The notes below the pieces were generated by a model. That model saw only the letters and a program-made list of their open reading frames with translations, ran no database searches and had not been told where the DNA came from. The position numbers were made by a program, and so were the translations under genes. A stretch of DNA of 63,740 nt, the filler included, from Globobulimina sp. (Eukaryota): assembly GCA_003354225.1 (NCBI GenBank). It is 43 parts of 43 records of this genome, joined end to end, with 100 filler letters (N's around TTAATTAATTAA, not from the genome) between each part and the next. Parts side by side here need not be neighbours in the genome. Positions count along the whole stretch, not along the records: positions 59,392 to 60,774 come from PIVH01017566.1; positions 60,875 to 62,257 come from PIVH01017567.1; positions 62,358 to 63,740 come from PIVH01017568.1; 40 more parts are not named here. The stretch is one strand, 5' to 3'. Below, piece by piece: positions 59,392 through 63,740 of this stretch; position 1 is the stretch's first letter; each line of letters begins with the position of its first letter.

Positions 59392-60700
59392 TTTCCTGCA
59401 TTGATCGTTTGTACTTTCGATCAGTTTTTTGCAATTTTTGAGTAATTTCCTGTAAATAAATATCATTTTGTTTAAGATGCGAGAAATTGTTAATGTAATC
59501 ATTTAATTTATTTAGGCGTTCATTGAGCTGTTCGACAGTGAGGTTATCCGCAGTGATGTTACAATCAATTTGTGGTGGAATACTCGACCAATATTTCAAA
59601 AATAACAAACAAATATCACCATCCCGCTGTAAATGCAATTTATTGTTTGCACCAATATAACATTCACCATTTTCATTATATATTTTTCCATTAAAATTTA
59701 TATCTCTCATACTTCGAATGTACAACATACCGATATTCAGTTTCGCATTTTTTTCTATTCGGATTTCATTTGCGCAGTCAAACAAACATAACGAATTTGG
59801 GGCAATGACCGATCCGTAAATATTTAATTTATTTTGAACGTGGAAATGCAGAAAATGTTGTCCATCTAAACAATTATTAACATCTTGCAATAAATCATCC
59901 GCTTCAAATTGTTTCCATTTCAATGATTTGGTTTTCTCTTCGTTTAAAGCATTGCTATGCTTCATAGATATGGTCCCGTTTAGATTCATGTCGTTACTGC
60001 AATATATCTCAGCTCTCTGTGATGCGAAATCTATTTTAGATTGGCTATCCATGGCAAAAGTAGTGGCTTTGATACAACATTCATTTTCTCCAGCACTGGA
60101 ATCGAAATTATCAGATGCATAATTAATGGAAATCAAGCCATTTTCGCAAATTTCAAAATGTTCAATATTTTCAGCATTAAACTTGCTTAAATACAGTACT
60201 TGAGAGCCTGTATAACATTTCAATGATTTAATATTTTCGATACATAACTGATTCGCAGTAATTTTGGTGCATCTTAGAGTCAAAGCATTGGAACTGCTCA
60301 TTTTCAAAATGTTATTTACTTCAATGGTTGAATTGTAAATCTTGCATTCATTTGATATATTTAATATCATTTCATTTTTTCCATATATTACAGCATCCGA
60401 TATTTCTAAAGATGATGCATCGATAAGTAATTGTTTTGTGAATGAAATGTCATTCAAATTAAGCATTTTGCAAAGATCTTTGCATTTAATATTGATCGAG
60501 TTTGCTTGTATTGGTTGTTTGGAGCACGCCAAACCCATCGCATTTATATTTAATTGGTCAGTATTTATGTTACACTCCATATCACATTGATTTTGTGCTT
60601 CAATATTTATTTCTGTACCTTCAATTTGACCGTGTATTGCCATTGATTCCTGACAAAAAAATGATACTTTATCAGACTCAATCAAACTGTTTTGCGACAT
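59392..60700 (-). CDS. Large beta-solenoid-like protein (internal fragment)
   Basis: More than 430 open codons with recurring short I/L-x-I-x-A/C strands. Confidence 0.5.
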
Positions 60701-60874
60701 ATTTAGTGATACATCTGAGTGTAGATGACATTGTCCATTCTGGTGATCATATGTTGCCTTAAAATCAATTGTTTNNNNNNNNNNNNNNNNNNNNNNNNNN
60801 NNNNNNNNNNNNNNNNNNTTAATTAATTAANNNNNNNNNNNNNNNNNNNNNNNNNNNNNNNNNNNNNNNNNNNN

Positions 60875-62257
60875 CACCGATTTTATGCGTAGCTAAAGAT
60901 ATATTTAGCAATTTCTGTAAATATTTGCAGATTTTAGGACTGGATGAATTACCAAAAAAGCGTCGAGGGCCATTAACAATGTTAGAAATAATTGGATTTG
61001 TGATTGATTCCTATAATATGACGATTGCAATATCTGATATTAAATTATTCAAAATCAAACAGTTGCTATACGGCGCGTTGCTGCATGAAGTCTTAATGTT
61101 GGATGAATTTGAATCATTGATTGGTAAATTGCAGGATGTAGCAAACTTGAAATGGCCGGGAAAGGCATTTCTGAGACGTTTGAGAGTGAGGCTGTATCAA
61201 TGTATTAAGAAATATGGCAGAAAAAATGTAGTTATTGAGTTATTGTCATGGGAATTGAAAGACTTTTGGTGGTGGGGGCAGTATATTGATGTTGTGGCAG
61301 TGGCATCAATCATTGATTTGGCAGATACAGAGATGCCAACAGATATAATTCACTTTGATGGTGCAACAAATGGGTCGCGTTTGACAGGATGGTGTCCAGC
61401 GATAGGCATATTTTACAAAGGCCATTGGATATCGAGTCCAGTGCCTAAACAGTATACAAATACATTTATTTCGCATAGAGAGGAATATGAGAAGGAATTT
61501 GCAATTGCACACTTTGAAATGATTGCAATTGTTGTTGGATTACATACATTTAAGCATTTATTTCAGCCTAAAACGAAATTACTATTAAAAACTGATAATC
61601 GTCACGTTGAGTCAGTGTTGCTTGATAAGAATGGAAGTGATGAGTTTTTACAGTCGTGTTTGAGGTGGATTTGTATGTGGTGTGTTATTAACGATATGCA
61701 ATTGTATATCAATTATGTGAATACAAAATTAAATAAATTGCCAGATCTGGCTTCAAGATTTGATATGGATGAATTTGGTAAGTTGGCTCTAAAAATATGT
61801 AATAAAAACAACTGGGATTTACAGCCATTATCGGCTCCATTTAAATTTCCAGATATTCATAAATGGTAATTGTGATAAATTGAATGCAGTGATACACCAT
61901 ATATAGACAAATTTATGTTTGCTAATTTGTGTATCAATTAAGCGTAATACAGACACCAAAATAGTATACGTCACATTGAAGCTGAAGGTGCCATCCTTCG
62001 TCCGTAACTAAGGGGGCCTAAAACTTACATTTTTGTTTGTTGTTAAAAAAAATTTTAGTAAGGAAACAGAAGTTTGGAAGTCCGTTATTCGATTTAGTTC
62101 CATCAATATATCGAGACATATTGATGATGACTCAAAATGGCGGTGTCAAACCAACGTCGGAAGGTACGTATCAAGATAACTTCCTCGAATTTTGGAGAAC
62201 GATGAGGAGATTGAAGATACCGGATAAATGGGTCTGGGATTTCCCAATCAATGATGC
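60875..62257 (+). mobile_element. DIRS-type retrotransposon: RT thumb and RNase H (to 61869), then a probable tyrosine recombinase N-terminus
   Basis: IGFVIDS, ESLIGKL, WPGKAFLRRL; RNase H acidic residues in FDGA, HFEMIAI, KTDN and LPDLASR; the next ORF has KPTSEGTYQ..F..F. Confidence 0.85.
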
Positions 62258-62357
62258 NNNNNNNNNNNNNNNNNNNNNNNNNNNNNNNNNNNNNNNNNNN
62301 NTTAATTAATTAANNNNNNNNNNNNNNNNNNNNNNNNNNNNNNNNNNNNNNNNNNNN

Positions 62358-63415
62358 CCATAGACAACGGCATCTTGTCATTGTGGGATGTTTTCAAAAC
62401 GGATTACGATGCGACGCCGCCACGGATCACCACGCAAAATGTGAAAAATAACTCGTACTACATCAACAATGTGCGGATCAATAAGATCATGGACGAGTTG
62501 GTAATGGCGATTGGACTCTGTCGCCGCCACCAAAACCAAACGAAAAAGAAGCCGCTCTGGAATTATTTATTAGATTCCTGCTTAATTTCGCAGCAGAAAA
62601 TCAATAATTGCATCAAAACGCCGTCGTATCGCCACAAATATCCGTCGTCGGAGATGAGATATTTGATGAAACAAACTGTGAACGACATTGTGTCCAAGAC
62701 GTTGACGGCGATGATGAGCGAAAAGAACATCGATTTGTGTGACATGTTTGAGAAGTTAGTGGACAAAGAGTCGTCTGAGAAATACGAATATTACCGGGAT
62801 ACCATCGATGTGATGCTCTCGACGTATAAGTACGAAACGGATATGTTGAAGACTGCAAATAATTTATTTCGCAGCGGCTTCCATCGCGAATACAAAAACC
62901 ATATAAATACATCGCAGGCGGCGTATAACTGCGCGAATGACAAAGTGTGCAAAATCTGCGACATCACAGTGAATGATCAGAATACGACGCAGAGATTGCG
63001 ACTATTTTATTGCGGCCACTTGTTCCACCAACAATGTTTATACATATTCCAATCCAAGCAAGCCGACAATGACTATAATAATTTGTGTCCAATTTGCCAC
63101 TCCAACTCCGACATGAAATTATTGAATAGCAATATTAACAGCAACGAGAAGAAAAGCACAGAAAAAACCAAAAATGTGGAGATTCAAATGAGACATTATG
63201 CCAAGAAATTGAATCGGTTGAAAGCAAAAATAAGAGCGCGAGAGCGACGGATGGAAGCATCGAAGGAAAGTGATGAGGTTTGGCTGTCGTTGGCGCCCAA
63301 AGATAAAGAAAGTTTGCCGAAGTCTGCCTTCATGAACATGCACATTGTGGTTCCAAATTGGAACGTGCAGTTTGAAAACAATAAACATAATACTTGTGTT
63401 ATTGAGATTGACTGA
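62358..63415 (+). CDS. VPS8-like CORVET subunit, C-terminal part with RING-H2
   Basis: AIGLCRRH...LWNYLLD...MLSTYKYETDMLKTANNL, then CKIC...FYCGHLFHQQC...CPIC. Confidence 0.65.
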
Positions 63416-63740
63416 TTTTGAATTTGATTGATTGTCGCAATGTAAATAAGAATTTAATCCGCTTGCTTGAACGTTAGTGTTTTTTATTAATTGTGGTATA
63501 TTGACATATGATACCCCCCTATAACTGAAAACCTCTTTGTATTAATTATATCTGAGTACTTACTTACTTACTTAGCCATCCCTTACTAAACTTAAGGAAT
63601 ACCATATTTGGTGCGTCGACAGTTTTTAATTGAAACGAACGGAGAGAAAAAGGAGAAACCTCATAATGTCAAATAACCAAACAAAAATCATTGTATGTAG
63701 ACAAAAAAAGTCACATCAATAATAAAATTTTGACTTTCTC

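Noticed and set aside
1387..62357. Regularly spaced TTAATTAATTAA palindromes about every 1485 bp, resembling an array or chromosome-breakage signal
   Set aside because: Each is embedded in N-runs and is an artificial contig linker; ORF-track proteins ending in X...LIN are artefacts of it
1..63740. Operon-like or system-level links between genes on neighbouring contigs
   Set aside because: Contigs are ordered by length and come from more than one organism, so neighbourhood across spacers carries no information

Overview
This is not a continuous genomic locus. It is 43 unrelated short contigs of 1383-1386 bp, sorted by length and joined by 42 artificial 100-bp spacers (N44-TTAATTAATTAA-N44, with stops in all six frames), so adjacency across a spacer means nothing. 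Most contigs come from an AT-rich, gene-dense eukaryote that uses the standard code and has short GT-AG introns (56-75 nt, one of 231 nt). The gene repertoire (Pro/Thr-stalk surface proteins, SAM/coiled-coil and ART-like orphan families, DIRS elements) suggests a foraminiferan-like protist; this is inference. Recognisable genes: VAMP7-type longin, UBR-box E3 ligase, soluble fumarate reductase, ceramide synthase, NUDT6-like Nudix, Med4, ATG14-like, G-alpha, YtcJ-type amidohydrolase, mitochondrial L27, a CDK20-like kinase, SMC2, ch-TOG-like and VPS8-like. Mobile DNA: a PIF/Harbinger transposase, a candidate Harbinger terminus with a Myb-like ORF seen on two contigs, two DIRS-type RT/RNase H fragments, several MITE-like inverted repeats and a candidate mini-Helitron. 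Foreign DNA: a nematode Srt chemoreceptor, an animal-type MITE contig, and a bacterial rplC-rplD fragment fused to eukaryotic sequence. The best leads are a complete ceramide synthase gene on a contig that closes into a 1266-bp loop, a dispersed tRNA-like element that occurs with and without a D-arm, a modular inverted-repeat family, and an ART-fold protein with His in place of the usual Arg. No multi-gene novel system can be shown from 1.4-kb fragments.
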